A stretch of DNA of 64,000 bases from an uncultured Actinomycetota bacterium (lineage in GTDB: Bacteria; Actinomycetota; Actinomycetes; Propionibacteriales; Nocardioidaceae), in assembly GCA_963711175.1 (NCBI GenBank), contig CAVQDC010000029.1, positions 8 through 64,007 on the forward strand. Reading direction: 5' to 3'. Below are positions 38,384-47,390 of this stretch, piece after piece. The notes under the pieces were generated by a model. It ran no database searches and was not told the DNA's origin. It saw only the letters and a list, made by a program, of their open reading frames with translations. The position numbers were made by a program, and so were the translations under genes. The stretch's first letter is position 1, and every line of letters starts with the position of its first letter.

Positions 38384-39838
38384 TCAGGCGTTCAGACCCG
38401 CAAGGGCGAGCACGTCGTCGGGGCCGTCGAGGTCCGGCGTCGCGACGAAGACGGTGGTCACGCCCAACCCCGCGAGGCGGGCATAGCGGTCGCGGTGACT
38501 CGCGACGGTCGCGGCATGCGTACGGGCGGCGTACATCGCTGCCGGGGTGCGGCCGCGGTGCCGCTCGACGCGCGCCCACACGTCGTCGCGGTCGCTGCCG
38601 ACGACCGGCAGGTCGAGGACGGTGATCGCCACCTCGGACCGGTCGCGGCCGACGTCGTCGCAGTGCGCGTGCAGCACGCCGACGAGCCGTGCGAGCTCCT
38701 CCTCGTCGGTGGTGCGGAGGTTGCAGGCGTCGCCGTGCTGCGCAGCGATCCGCAGCGTGCGGCGCTCGCCGGAGCCCCCGACGATGACGGGGATCCGACC
38801 CGCCGGGCGGGGGTAGGACGTCGTCTCCGGCAGCGAGACGCCGTGCGCGTCGTAGGCCTTGGTGCCGCTCGCCCACAGCGCCTTCATCGTCACGATCGCG
38901 CGCTCGAGGTCGTCGAGGCGTTCGCGGGCCGGCGGGAAGGCGATCCCGTACGCCGCGTGCTCGCGCTCGAACCAGCCGGCGCCGATGCCGACGAACGTCC
39001 TCCCGCCAGTCAGGGCGGACAGGGTCGCGGCGGCCTTGGCGGTGACACCTGCCGGCCGGAACGTGACAGGGGTGCACAGGGTGCCGAGCTCGAGGTCGGT
39101 GCCGAGCGCGGCGATCGCGCCGAGGGTCACCCACGGCTCGGGGATGGAGTCCCACGCGCGGCCGACCTGTGGCACCTGGATGAGGTGGTCCATGAGTGCG
39201 ATCCCGGCGAAGCCGGCCTCGTCCGCGGCCCGCGCGATGTCCGTGAGCCACGCGAGCGGGTCCTCGCCCCAGGGGAACCGCGAGACCTGGAGGACCGTAC
39301 GCAGGCCGAGGCTGGACGTGCGGTCACTCACCTTCTCGGGCCGGGCCTCGGGTGCCGGAGCGACCGCAACCGCCCCGGTCGCGATCGGGACCACGAGGTC
39401 CCAGCCCTCGGCCTCGAGCAGCGGACGTACGTCGCGCGCCGACCGCAGCTGCGCGGCCAGGGCGGGTGCCGGGACCGGCCGGTCGCGAGCCGCGTTGCGG
39501 CGGCGGCACTCGGAGTCCGGGGTGTCCATCACGACGGCGACGGCCGGGAGTCCCGCTCCTCTGGCCGCGTCCAGCCAGGCCTGCCGCTTCGACGCGTCGA
39601 GGCCGAGCGTGTCGACGACGGTGGTCAGGCCCCGTCCGAGCCGGGCCGCGACGACCGTCTCGAGGACACCGAACGCGTCCGCGGAGGCGTCGAGGTCGTG
39701 CGGCCCGCTGCCGACCACGCCTCGGAGCGCGTCGGACGAGACGACCTCCTGGTCGCGGTAGTGCACCGCCGCCCACGTCGACTTCCCGGACCCCGAGACG
39801 CCGACGAGCACCACGAGGGCCGGGTCCGGGATCTGCAC
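38384..39838 (-). CDS. P-loop (Pnkp/AAA_33-type) kinase fused to an LLM-class F420-type oxidoreductase
   Basis: Kinase part: GVSGSGKST, SSD, VVDT, RRRNAAR. LLM part: LMDHLIQ, EPWVTL, GIGAGW, VGGSGERRTL. Confidence 0.85.
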   Translation of the reverse strand: MQIPDPALVVLVGVSGSGKSTWAAVHYRDQEVVSSDALRGVVGSGPHDLDASADAFGVLETVVAARLGRGLTTVVDTLGLDASKRQAWLDAARGAGLPAVAVVMDTPDSECRRRNAARDRPVPAPALAAQLRSARDVRPLLEAEGWDLVVPIATGAVAVAPAPEARPEKVSDRTSSLGLRTVLQVSRFPWGEDPLAWLTDIARAADEAGFAGIALMDHLIQVPQVGRAWDSIPEPWVTLGAIAALGTDLELGTLCTPVTFRPAGVTAKAAATLSALTGGRTFVGIGAGWFEREHAAYGIAFPPARERLDDLERAIVTMKALWASGTKAYDAHGVSLPETTSYPRPAGRIPVIVGGSGERRTLRIAAQHGDACNLRTTDEEELARLVGVLHAHCDDVGRDRSEVAITVLDLPVVGSDRDDVWARVERHRGRTPAAMYAARTHAATVASHRDRYARLAGLGVTTVFVATPDLDGPDDVLALAGLNA

Positions 39839-40084
39839 GGACCCAGTGTCGCCCAGGACCGACCGGACGTGGCGGAGTCAGCGGACCGTGACGACGCGGC
39901 CTCGACCAGACCTTGTCCTGGCCTGGTGCTGCTCCCGATCGCACTCCCGGTCGCACTGCCGATCTCGACGCTAGGCACGCCTCGGGGGCGTGCGCCTCAC
40001 CCCGACGACGGGTGCGCGCAGAAATCCCGCTCGATCTTCGTCCCGCGTGGACGCATACTCGACGTACAGGGGGAGGGAGGTCCG

Positions 40085-40441
40085 ATGGCAGTCGTCGAAG
40101 ACGTCCTGCCTCTCGGGGAGGCACTGGAGCGGTCCTACATCGCGCACGTCGCGGGCCGCCTGAAGTTCCGCGTCGGTTCGATCGTCTACGTCGCGTTCTC
40201 CCTCGACGAGACCATCATGGGGTTCGCGTTCCCCAAGGAGGAGCGGGTCGCGCTCGTCGAGAGCGACCCGCGGTTCCAGATGCCGCGCGAGACGGACATG
40301 CGCTTCCACTGGGTGCACGCGACCCTCGCCGAGCTCGACGCCACCGAGGCGCGCGAGCTCGTCGTCGACGCGTGGCGGATGGTCGTGCCGCAGAAGGTGG
40401 CGCGGGCCTACGACCTGACCCACCCCGTCGGGCCGGGCTGA
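40085..40441 (+). CDS. MmcQ/YjbR-family protein
   Basis: KFRVGSIVYVAFS and ELVVDAWRMVVP; GGAGG RBS. Confidence 0.8.
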   Translation: MAVVEDVLPLGEALERSYIAHVAGRLKFRVGSIVYVAFSLDETIMGFAFPKEERVALVESDPRFQMPRETDMRFHWVHATLAELDATEARELVVDAWRMVVPQKVARAYDLTHPVGPG

Positions 40442-40452
40442 ACCGGCTCGAG

Positions 40453-40468
40453 TGGACCGCTGGGTCCA
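40453..40468. promoter_or_regulatory. Putative TetR operator 1 (autoregulatory)
   Basis: TGGACC-gctg-GGTCCA; same motif at 42872 and 42906. Confidence 0.7.
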
Positions 40469-40489
40469 CATGAGCCGTACGCTGGCGGG

Positions 40490-41101
40490 GTGAGCACACC
40501 GAGCGAACCGCGTACGGCCCGCGGCCGGGCGACCCGCGACCGGATCGTGGCAGCGGCCGCCGTCCTGATGTACGAGCGCGGTGTCGCCGGCACCTCGCTG
40601 GACGACGTGCTCGAGGCGAGCAGCACCAGCAAGTCGCAGATGTACCACTACTTCCAGAACAAGTCGGCGCTCGTCTGTGCGGTGATCGCGCACCAGCAGG
40701 CCGCGGTCCTCGAGGGTCAGCAGCCCTATCTCGGCGAGTTCGAGACGCTGGCCGGCCTGCGGGTGTGGCGCGACCGGCTGGTCGCGATGAACACCGCGGC
40801 CCTCACCTTCGGCGGGTGCCCCATCGGTGGCCTGTCGAGCGAGGTCGCCGACGCCGACGAGCAGGCCCGGTCCGCGGCGACGCGGGCCTTCGAGGCGTGG
40901 CGTGCGCAGCTGGCTGCGGGACTCGTACGGCTGCAGGAGTCCGGCGAGCTCGCGCCCGAGGCCAGGCCCGAGGACCTGTCGTGGGGGCTGTTGGCGGCGA
41001 TCCAGGGCGGGCTGCTCCTCGCGCAGGCCACCCAGCAGGCGCGTCCCCTGGAACTGGCGCTGGACCAGGCGCTCTCGGCCATCGAGGCGCACGCCGCCTG
41101 A
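40490..41101 (+). CDS. TetR/AcrR-family regulator (LmrA/YxaF-like C-terminus)
   Basis: GRATRDRIVAAAA, SKSQMYHYF and GGCPIGGL. TACGCT -10 lies 6 nt upstream. Confidence 0.92.
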   Translation: MSTPSEPRTARGRATRDRIVAAAAVLMYERGVAGTSLDDVLEASSTSKSQMYHYFQNKSALVCAVIAHQQAAVLEGQQPYLGEFETLAGLRVWRDRLVAMNTAALTFGGCPIGGLSSEVADADEQARSAATRAFEAWRAQLAAGLVRLQESGELAPEARPEDLSWGLLAAIQGGLLLAQATQQARPLELALDQALSAIEAHAA

Positions 41102-41110
41102 CGCACACGA

Positions 41111-41143
41111 GCGGGGCCCGGGGTGCGTCACCCCGGGCCCCGC
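41111..41143. terminator. Bidirectional terminator-like hairpin
   Basis: GCGGGGCCCGGGGTG-cgt-CACCCCGGGCCCCGC, 15-bp stem between convergent genes. Confidence 0.75.
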
Positions 41144-41153
41144 CGCGCCGTCC

Positions 41154-42269
41154 TCAGTGGGCGGCGATGCCGGCCGCTCCGGCCGGCAGGCCACCGGCGA
41201 CCGGGAGGGCCGAGAGGCTGCCGTCGTCGTTGACCGCGTAGGCACCGACGGTGCCGTTGCCCAGGCGGGCGTAGAGGAACTCGCTGCCCGAGGCCAGGGC
41301 GATGTCGGAGACGCCACCCGCCGCCGTGCCGGTCTTGCCGCCGTCGTCGAACGCGGTCAGCGAGCTGTCCGCGCCCAGGTCGTAACCGCTGATCGACTGC
41401 GAACCGCCGCCGTTGCCGGTGTAGGCGAACTGGCCGTCGTCGGTGACGACCAGCCAGCAGGCCGCCGCCTCGGTGTTGGCGACCGAGGTGCTGATCGGCG
41501 TCAGGCCTGACGCGCCGACGTCGTAGGTCGACGCGGCGCTCGGACCGGCCTCCGAGACGGCGAGGTCACCGGACGGAGTGAAGCTGAAGCCGAACGGCAC
41601 CGCTCCCGCCGACGCCACCGACGTACGGCCCGTGGCGAAGCCGGCGTTGTTGAGCGCGTAGACGTCGATCAGGGACGTGGCCTTCTCGGTCACCACGAGC
41701 TCGCGTCCGTCGGGGCTGATCGCGACCTCCGCGGCGTCGGCCGCAGTGCCGCTGAGCCCGCGGGTCGAGTGGGGCAGCGCCACGAGACGACCGTTGGCGA
41801 TCCGGAAGCCGGAGACGTTGCCGCCACTGCCGGTGTTGAGCACGTAGGCGAGGTTGCCCTCGACGCTGATGCTGATCGGTACGTCGCCGCCGGAGGAGAC
41901 GGTGGACGAGCGGCGGAGGCCGGAGGACGTCACGTCGAAGGACGTGATGGTGTCGGACCCGGCGTTGACGGCGTAGACGTGCCGACCGGAGTCGTCGACG
42001 ACGATGGCGCCCTGGGAGCCGAGGCCCGCCCCGGTGCCGAGGCCACCAGTGGGGTAGCTCCCGTCGAGGGTCAGCGTGCCGTCGGCGGCGCGGTCGTAGG
42101 CGACGACGCTGTTGCCAGCGGCCTGGTTGCTCAGCACGTAGACCGCGTCGGCGCTCGAGGCCTTGCCTCCCGGACCGGCGGCCTGGGCCGGGCTGGTGGC
42201 GAGGGTCGTGCCGGCGGTGATCAACGCTGCGACTGCCGTGACGGCAAGCCGGGTGGTGGTGATTTTCAT
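41154..42269 (-). CDS. Secreted lactonase-family beta-propeller protein
   Basis: Signal peptide; repeated blades (VYAVNAGS, AYVLNTG, ACWLVVTDDGQFAY). Confidence 0.82.
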   Translation of the reverse strand: MKITTTRLAVTAVAALITAGTTLATSPAQAAGPGGKASSADAVYVLSNQAAGNSVVAYDRAADGTLTLDGSYPTGGLGTGAGLGSQGAIVVDDSGRHVYAVNAGSDTITSFDVTSSGLRRSSTVSSGGDVPISISVEGNLAYVLNTGSGGNVSGFRIANGRLVALPHSTRGLSGTAADAAEVAISPDGRELVVTEKATSLIDVYALNNAGFATGRTSVASAGAVPFGFSFTPSGDLAVSEAGPSAASTYDVGASGLTPISTSVANTEAAACWLVVTDDGQFAYTGNGGGSQSISGYDLGADSSLTAFDDGGKTGTAAGGVSDIALASGSEFLYARLGNGTVGAYAVNDDGSLSALPVAGGLPAGAAGIAAH

Positions 42270-42366
42270 GGGGGGATCCTCTTCTGGGGTGGGCGAAGTA
42301 CCGCTTCGCCGGATCGGGTGGATCGATGAGCGGTGGTGCGAGGTGGTGCGGGTGGTGCTGTGCTCG

Positions 42367-42843
42367 TCAGGCGTGCTGCTTGAGGTAGGTGACGAGCCCG
42401 AGTACGTCGTCGGGCATGAGGCGCCCGATCGCGGCCGAGGAGTAGACGGCCGTCACGACACGGCCATCGGGGTCGAGGACGAAGCCGGTGGACTGCAGGT
42501 AGTGCGGGTCGTCGTTGACGTAGGCACCGACTGCGGAGGCCACCTCGTCGGCGTCCGCGCTGTGGCCCACGGCAAAGGGCAGGTTCCGCTGTGCGACCAG
42601 TGCGGCGCTCGTCTCCTCGTCGTCGACCGACAGCGCGGCGACAGCGATCCCGGCATCGGTGAGCGACGTGTGAGCACGGCCGAAGGCGGCGAGCTGGGCG
42701 TTGCAGTACGGGCACCAGGCGCCGCGGTAGAGCAGCACCACACCGTACGAACCCGTCAGGTCGTCGGGGAGGCGGAGCGCTCCGCCCCCGACCCGGGGGA
42801 CCTCGAGCGAGGGGAACGGGGAGTGGTTCTGGAGCAGGGTCAT
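42367..42843 (-). CDS. Peroxiredoxin-like (AhpC/TSA) redoxin
   Basis: YRGAWCPYCNAQL; GAAGGA RBS. Confidence 0.88.
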   Translation of the reverse strand: MTLLQNHSPFPSLEVPRVGGGALRLPDDLTGSYGVVLLYRGAWCPYCNAQLAAFGRAHTSLTDAGIAVAALSVDDEETSAALVAQRNLPFAVGHSADADEVASAVGAYVNDDPHYLQSTGFVLDPDGRVVTAVYSSAAIGRLMPDDVLGLVTYLKQHA

Positions 42844-42871
42844 CGTCGTCCTTCACGTCTCCGGCCCCGAG

Positions 42872-42921
42872 TGGACCGGTTGGTCCAAAGATCCTCCCGG
42901 GACAGTGGACTCACAAGTCCC
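42872..42921. promoter_or_regulatory. Putative TetR operators 2 and 3
   Basis: TGGACC-ggtt-GGTCCA (42872-42887) and TGGACT-caca-AGTCCA (42906-42921). Confidence 0.7.
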
Positions 42922-42983
42922 ATCTCCTTACGGACGTGTTACCGCCGTGGGGTCATGCGGTGGAAGGCGGTAGGAAGGAGGGC

Positions 42984-43832
42984 ATGGATCCCCGTCTCGC
43001 CGGCCGCACCGCCCGTCTGCTCGAGCCCCTGCACGCGCTGGGCTACTTCGCCCCGGAGGTCGAGGCCGAGGTCATCGACGCGGGAGTACGCAAGGGGCGC
43101 GCCACCTACTTCGCCTCGCGAGCCGCAGCGATGGGTCGCGTCGGAGCGGGCCCCGTCGCGGCGACGTTCTACGTCTTCAACCCATCCCTGGTCGCGCACT
43201 TCATCCCGGCAGCGTGGGAGGCCGCCAGGCCCGAGGACGTCGTGGCCGCCCGCTACCGCGGCGTCTCCGCCGCCTGGTCCCGTCTCCTCGGCGAGGAGAC
43301 GCTCGGCTCCGACGAGGTCAGGGAGGCCGCCGACCTCGCCCGTACGGCCTCAGCCGGCTGCACGGTCGCGGGCCGCCCGCTCTACGCGGCGCACGCCGAC
43401 CTGCCCTGGCCCGACGAGCCCCACATGGCGCTCTTCCACGCCCTGACGCTGCTGCGAGAGCACCGCGGCGACGGACACGTCGCGGCCCTGATCGGGTCCG
43501 ACCTCAGCGGCATCGAGGCGCTGGTCACCCACACCGCGACGGGCAAGGGCTTCACCCAGCCGGCCGCGCAGGCCACGCGAGCCTGGTCCGACGAGGACTG
43601 GTCGGCCGCCGTCGCCGGTCTGGCCGAGCGCGGCCTGATGACCACCGAGGGCGGGCTCACCGAGGACGGCGTCGCGCTCCGCAAGGTCGTCGAACGACGT
43701 ACGGAGGAGAGCGCCTTCGCGCCGTGGGAGACCCTCGGTGAGGCGGGTACGGCGCGGCTGACCGAGCTCTGCCGTCCGCTGGTCACGACCGCGCTGACCA
43801 ACGGCGCGTTCCCGGCAGGGGTCTTCGCATGA
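42984..43832 (+). CDS. SCO6745-like protein of unknown function
   Basis: LEPLHALGYFAPE, YFASRAAAMG, FYVFNP and LREHRGDGH. Confidence 0.8.
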   Translation: MDPRLAGRTARLLEPLHALGYFAPEVEAEVIDAGVRKGRATYFASRAAAMGRVGAGPVAATFYVFNPSLVAHFIPAAWEAARPEDVVAARYRGVSAAWSRLLGEETLGSDEVREAADLARTASAGCTVAGRPLYAAHADLPWPDEPHMALFHALTLLREHRGDGHVAALIGSDLSGIEALVTHTATGKGFTQPAAQATRAWSDEDWSAAVAGLAERGLMTTEGGLTEDGVALRKVVERRTEESAFAPWETLGEAGTARLTELCRPLVTTALTNGAFPAGVFA

Positions 43833-44569
43833 CCACCCCCGACATCCGGTTCTACTTCGACCCCGTCTGCCCGTTCTGCTGGCTCACCAGCAAGTGGATC
43901 CGGATGGTGCAGGCCGAGCGCGACCTGAGCGTCGAGTGGCGGTTCATCTCGCTGCGCCTGATCAACGACCACCTCGACTACGACGCCCACTTCCCACCGG
44001 AGTACGAGGCCGGGCACACCGCCGGGCTGCGGCTGCTGCGCGTCGCCGCACGGGCGCGCGAGGAGCACGGCGCCGCGGCCGTGGATGCCTTGCAGGCCGC
44101 TCTCGGAGCCCACATCTTCGACTCGCCTCCGACCGACGACGACGAGACGACGAACCGCGAACGGCGTGGCACGCGGGAGTTCCTCGCACCGATCCTGGCC
44201 GGGGCCGACCTGCCCGCCGAGCTCGCCGATGCGCTCGACGACACCTCGTGGGACGACGCGATCCGCGCCGACGGCGAGGAGGCGCTCGCACTGACCGGCA
44301 GGGACGTCGGCACGCCGATCATCCACTTCGAGCCGCCGGACGGTGTGGCGTTCTTCGGTCCGGTGATCAGCCGCCTCCCCGAGCCGGACCAGGCCGTCGA
44401 GCTCTGGGACCACGTGGTCGGCCTGGCCAGGTTCGGCGGGTTCGCCGAGCTCAAGCGCAGCCTGCGCGAGCGACCGCAGCTGGTGGGCTTCGGCGTCGAC
44501 CCCGACAGCATCGGGAAGCAGGAGGACTGGCACGGTGGCAGCCGACGACAGAGGAGTGAGCGCGGATGA
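43829..44569 (+). CDS. DsbA-like thioredoxin-fold protein (Rv2466c mycothiol-dependent reductase-like)
   Basis: FYFDPVCPFCWLTSKW, DVGTPII and FFGPVISR. Confidence 0.85.
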   Translation: MTTPDIRFYFDPVCPFCWLTSKWIRMVQAERDLSVEWRFISLRLINDHLDYDAHFPPEYEAGHTAGLRLLRVAARAREEHGAAAVDALQAALGAHIFDSPPTDDDETTNRERRGTREFLAPILAGADLPAELADALDDTSWDDAIRADGEEALALTGRDVGTPIIHFEPPDGVAFFGPVISRLPEPDQAVELWDHVVGLARFGGFAELKRSLRERPQLVGFGVDPDSIGKQEDWHGGSRRQRSERG

Positions 44570-45042
44570 GCGATCTGCAGGCCCGGACCCATCAGGAGCA
44601 CGTGGTCGTGGAGGCCTCACCCGAGGCGGTCTACGACCTCGTCAGTGACATCACCCGCACCGGTGAGTGGAGCCCCGTCTGCACGTCCTGCTGGTGGGAC
44701 GACGACGCAGACGCGGGACAGGTGGGCGCCTGGTTCACCGGGCACAACGAGCTCCCCGAGCGCACGTGGGAGACCCGGTCTCAGGTCGTCGCGGCCGAGC
44801 GTGGCCGCGAGTTCGCCTGGATCGTCGGCGGCGCGTTCGTCCGCTGGGGCTTCGTGCTCGAGCCGGACGAGCGCGGCACCCGGCTGACCGAGACGTGGGA
44901 GTTCACCCCCGAGGGACTGGCGATGTTCGCGGACAAGTTCGGCGAGCGGTCCGCGGCCGAGATCGACGACCGCACCCAGCAGGCGTACGCCGGCATCCCC
45001 CGCACCCTCGCGGCGATCAGACGGATCGCCGAAGCGGCCTGA
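44566..45042 (+). CDS. SRPBCC/polyketide-cyclase-fold protein
   Basis: YDLVSDITRTGEWSPVC, W.T.SQVVAA and TRLTETW. Confidence 0.85.
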   Translation: MSDLQARTHQEHVVVEASPEAVYDLVSDITRTGEWSPVCTSCWWDDDADAGQVGAWFTGHNELPERTWETRSQVVAAERGREFAWIVGGAFVRWGFVLEPDERGTRLTETWEFTPEGLAMFADKFGERSAAEIDDRTQQAYAGIPRTLAAIRRIAEAA

Positions 45043-45064
45043 CCCACCCGGCTAGCATCCCCGG

Positions 45065-45826
45065 ATGGCCGACTCCCTTGCCGACGTCCTCGCCCGCCTC
45101 CGCTCGTGCGAGTGGATCGACCTGACCCACGCATTCGGGCCGGGCATCCCCCACTACTTCGCCTTCCCCGACGAGGAGCGCGAGACGCTCTTCCACTTCG
45201 ACGAGGGCGTCGGGTCCTCCGGCTCGGGCTTCCTCGCGCACCGCTACACCCACATCGGCCAGTGGGGCACCCACGTCGACCCGCCCGCCCACTTCACCCG
45301 CGGCGGCCGCTACCTCGACGAGCTGCCGGTGACCGACATGATCCTGCCGCTCGTGGTGGTCGACGTACGACCTCAGGCGACCGCCGACGTGGACCACATC
45401 GTCTCGGTGGCCGACCTCGAGGCGCACGAGGCGGCGCACGGCGAGATCCCGACGGGAGCCTTCGTCGCCCTCCTCACCGGCTGGTCCGACCGTTGGCCCG
45501 ACGGCGACGCGATGGCCAACCGCGACGCCGACGGCCTCGCCCACTACCCCGGCTGGGGCGTGGACGCCCTGACGTTCCTGGTCGAGGAGCGCGGCGTCAC
45601 GGCGGTCGGCCACGACACGACCGACACCGACCCGGGCGCCGTCGTCGGCGCGGGCACTGCCCCGGCCGAGACCTACATCCTCGCCGCCGACAAGTGGCAG
45701 ATCGAGATGCTCGCCGGCCTCGACCGGGTGCCGGCCACCGGCGCCCTCGTCGTCGCGACCTGGCCCAAGCCGCAGGACGGCTCCGGCTTCCCGGCGCGGG
45801 TGTTCGCGATCGTCGACCGCGGCTGA
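45065..45826 (+). CDS. Cyclase-family (kynurenine formamidase-like) metal hydrolase
   Basis: IDLTH, GQWGTHVDPPAHF, HYPGW and GSGFPARVFA. Confidence 0.87.
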   Translation: MADSLADVLARLRSCEWIDLTHAFGPGIPHYFAFPDEERETLFHFDEGVGSSGSGFLAHRYTHIGQWGTHVDPPAHFTRGGRYLDELPVTDMILPLVVVDVRPQATADVDHIVSVADLEAHEAAHGEIPTGAFVALLTGWSDRWPDGDAMANRDADGLAHYPGWGVDALTFLVEERGVTAVGHDTTDTDPGAVVGAGTAPAETYILAADKWQIEMLAGLDRVPATGALVVATWPKPQDGSGFPARVFAIVDRG

Positions 45827-45844
45827 GCCTGAGAGGAGGGCAGG

Positions 45845-47248
45845 TCAGCCCTGGGCCATGTCCACGAAGCGGGAGTAGTGGCCCTGGAAGGCGACGGTGA
45901 GGTCGCGGGTGGGGCCGTTGCGGTGCTTGGCCACGATGAGGTCGGCCTCGCCGGGGCGGGTCGACTCCTTCTCGTAGACGTCGTCGCGGTGGAGCAGGAT
46001 CACCATGTCGGCGTCCTGCTCGAGCGAGCCGGACTCACGCAGGTCGCTCATCATCGGCCGCTTGTCGCCGCGCTGCTCGGGACCACGGTTGAGCTGGGAG
46101 AGCGCGATGATCGGCAGCTCGAGCTCCTTGGCGAGGAGCTTGATGTTGCGGGAGAACTCCGAGACCTCGAGCTGGCGCGACTCGACCTTCTTGCCCGAGC
46201 TCATCAGCTGCATGTAGTCGATGACGATGAGCTTGAGGTCGTGGCGCTGCTTGAGCCGCCGCGCCTTGGCCCGGATCTCCATCATCGTCATGTTGGGGCT
46301 GTCGTCGATGAACATCGGCGCACCGGAGACCTGGCCCATCTTGCGGGCGAGCTTCTCCCAGTCGTCGTCGCGCATCGTGCCGTTGCGGATGTGGTTGAGC
46401 GGCACCTTCGCCTCGGCGGAGAGCAGGCGCATCATGATCTCCGAGCGCGTCATCTCGAGGCTGAAGAAGCAGCTGGTCAGGTTGTTGTGGATCGACGCGG
46501 CACGACAGAAGTCGAGTGCCAAGGTCGACTTGCCCATGGCAGGACGAGCCGCCACGATGATCATCTGGCCGGAGTGGAGGCCGTTGGTCAGGTCGTCGAG
46601 GTCGGCGAAGCCCGTGGGCACGCCGTAGAGGCCGGCCTCGCGGTTGCCGATCATCTCGATCTCGTCGAGGACGCCGCTCATGATGTCGCTCAGCGGTGCG
46701 TAGTCCTCGGTGGCCCGGCGGTCGGTCACCTTGTAGACCTCGGCCTGCGCGCTGTCGACGACGTCGTTGATCTCGCCCTCGCCCGAGTAGCCCATCGCGG
46801 CGATGCGCGTGCCGGCCTCGACGAGGCGGCGCAGGATCGCCTTCTCCCGCACGATCGCGGCGTAGTAGCCGGCGTTGGCCGCGATCGGCACGTTGGCCGA
46901 CAGGGTGTGGAGGTAGGGAGCGCCACCGATGCGCTGGAGCTCACCGCGCTTCTGCAGCTCGTCGGCCACAGTGATCGGGTCGGCCGGCTCGCCGCGGCCG
47001 TAGAGGTCGATGATCGCGTCGTGGATGACCTCGTGGGCCGGGCGGTAGTAGTCGACCGCCTGGACCTCCTCGACGACATCCGCGATCGCGTCCTTGGACA
47101 GCAGCATCGAGCCGAGCACGCTCTGCTCGGCGGCGTTGTCCTGCGGAGGCGTCCGGTCGCCCGCCGATCGCGGCGACGCGCCAGGCTCGTAGGCCGCGGG
47201 ACCGTCGCCCCACGCCTCGTCGGTGTCGCCCTGGAAGGTGACGCTCAT
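45845..47248 (-). CDS. dnaB: Replicative DNA helicase (no intein)
   Basis: PPQDNAAEQSVLG, AARPAMGKST, IDYMQLM, LSQLNR and DLRESGSLEQDAD. Confidence 0.98.
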   Translation of the reverse strand: MSVTFQGDTDEAWGDGPAAYEPGASPRSAGDRTPPQDNAAEQSVLGSMLLSKDAIADVVEEVQAVDYYRPAHEVIHDAIIDLYGRGEPADPITVADELQKRGELQRIGGAPYLHTLSANVPIAANAGYYAAIVREKAILRRLVEAGTRIAAMGYSGEGEINDVVDSAQAEVYKVTDRRATEDYAPLSDIMSGVLDEIEMIGNREAGLYGVPTGFADLDDLTNGLHSGQMIIVAARPAMGKSTLALDFCRAASIHNNLTSCFFSLEMTRSEIMMRLLSAEAKVPLNHIRNGTMRDDDWEKLARKMGQVSGAPMFIDDSPNMTMMEIRAKARRLKQRHDLKLIVIDYMQLMSSGKKVESRQLEVSEFSRNIKLLAKELELPIIALSQLNRGPEQRGDKRPMMSDLRESGSLEQDADMVILLHRDDVYEKESTRPGEADLIVAKHRNGPTRDLTVAFQGHYSRFVDMAQG

Positions 47249-47282
47249 CGGTGCTCCACTCGCCGTACTGCCCACGTGAGCG

Positions 47283-47304
47283 ACGTTAGGGACGACCACC
47301 GACA
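47283..47304 (-). promoter_or_regulatory. PafBC-type (RecA-NDp) promoter of dnaB
   Basis: TGTCGGTG-N8-TAACGT, an exact match to the motif. Confidence 0.75.
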
Positions 47305-47390
47305 CCCATCCATGGGAGCCATGGAAGATCGTGTCGACGGCGCCCCGCCCGAGGCTCTTGCCGCGGGCGAACGTACGCGCTCCCCGGGCC

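Noticed and set aside
39900-40080. Short imperfect repeats (CCCGATCGCACT / CCCGGTCGCACT) and a hydrophobic reading LVLLPIALPVALPI
   Set aside because: Only two or three degenerate units, with no start, RBS or stable fold; at most a gene remnant.
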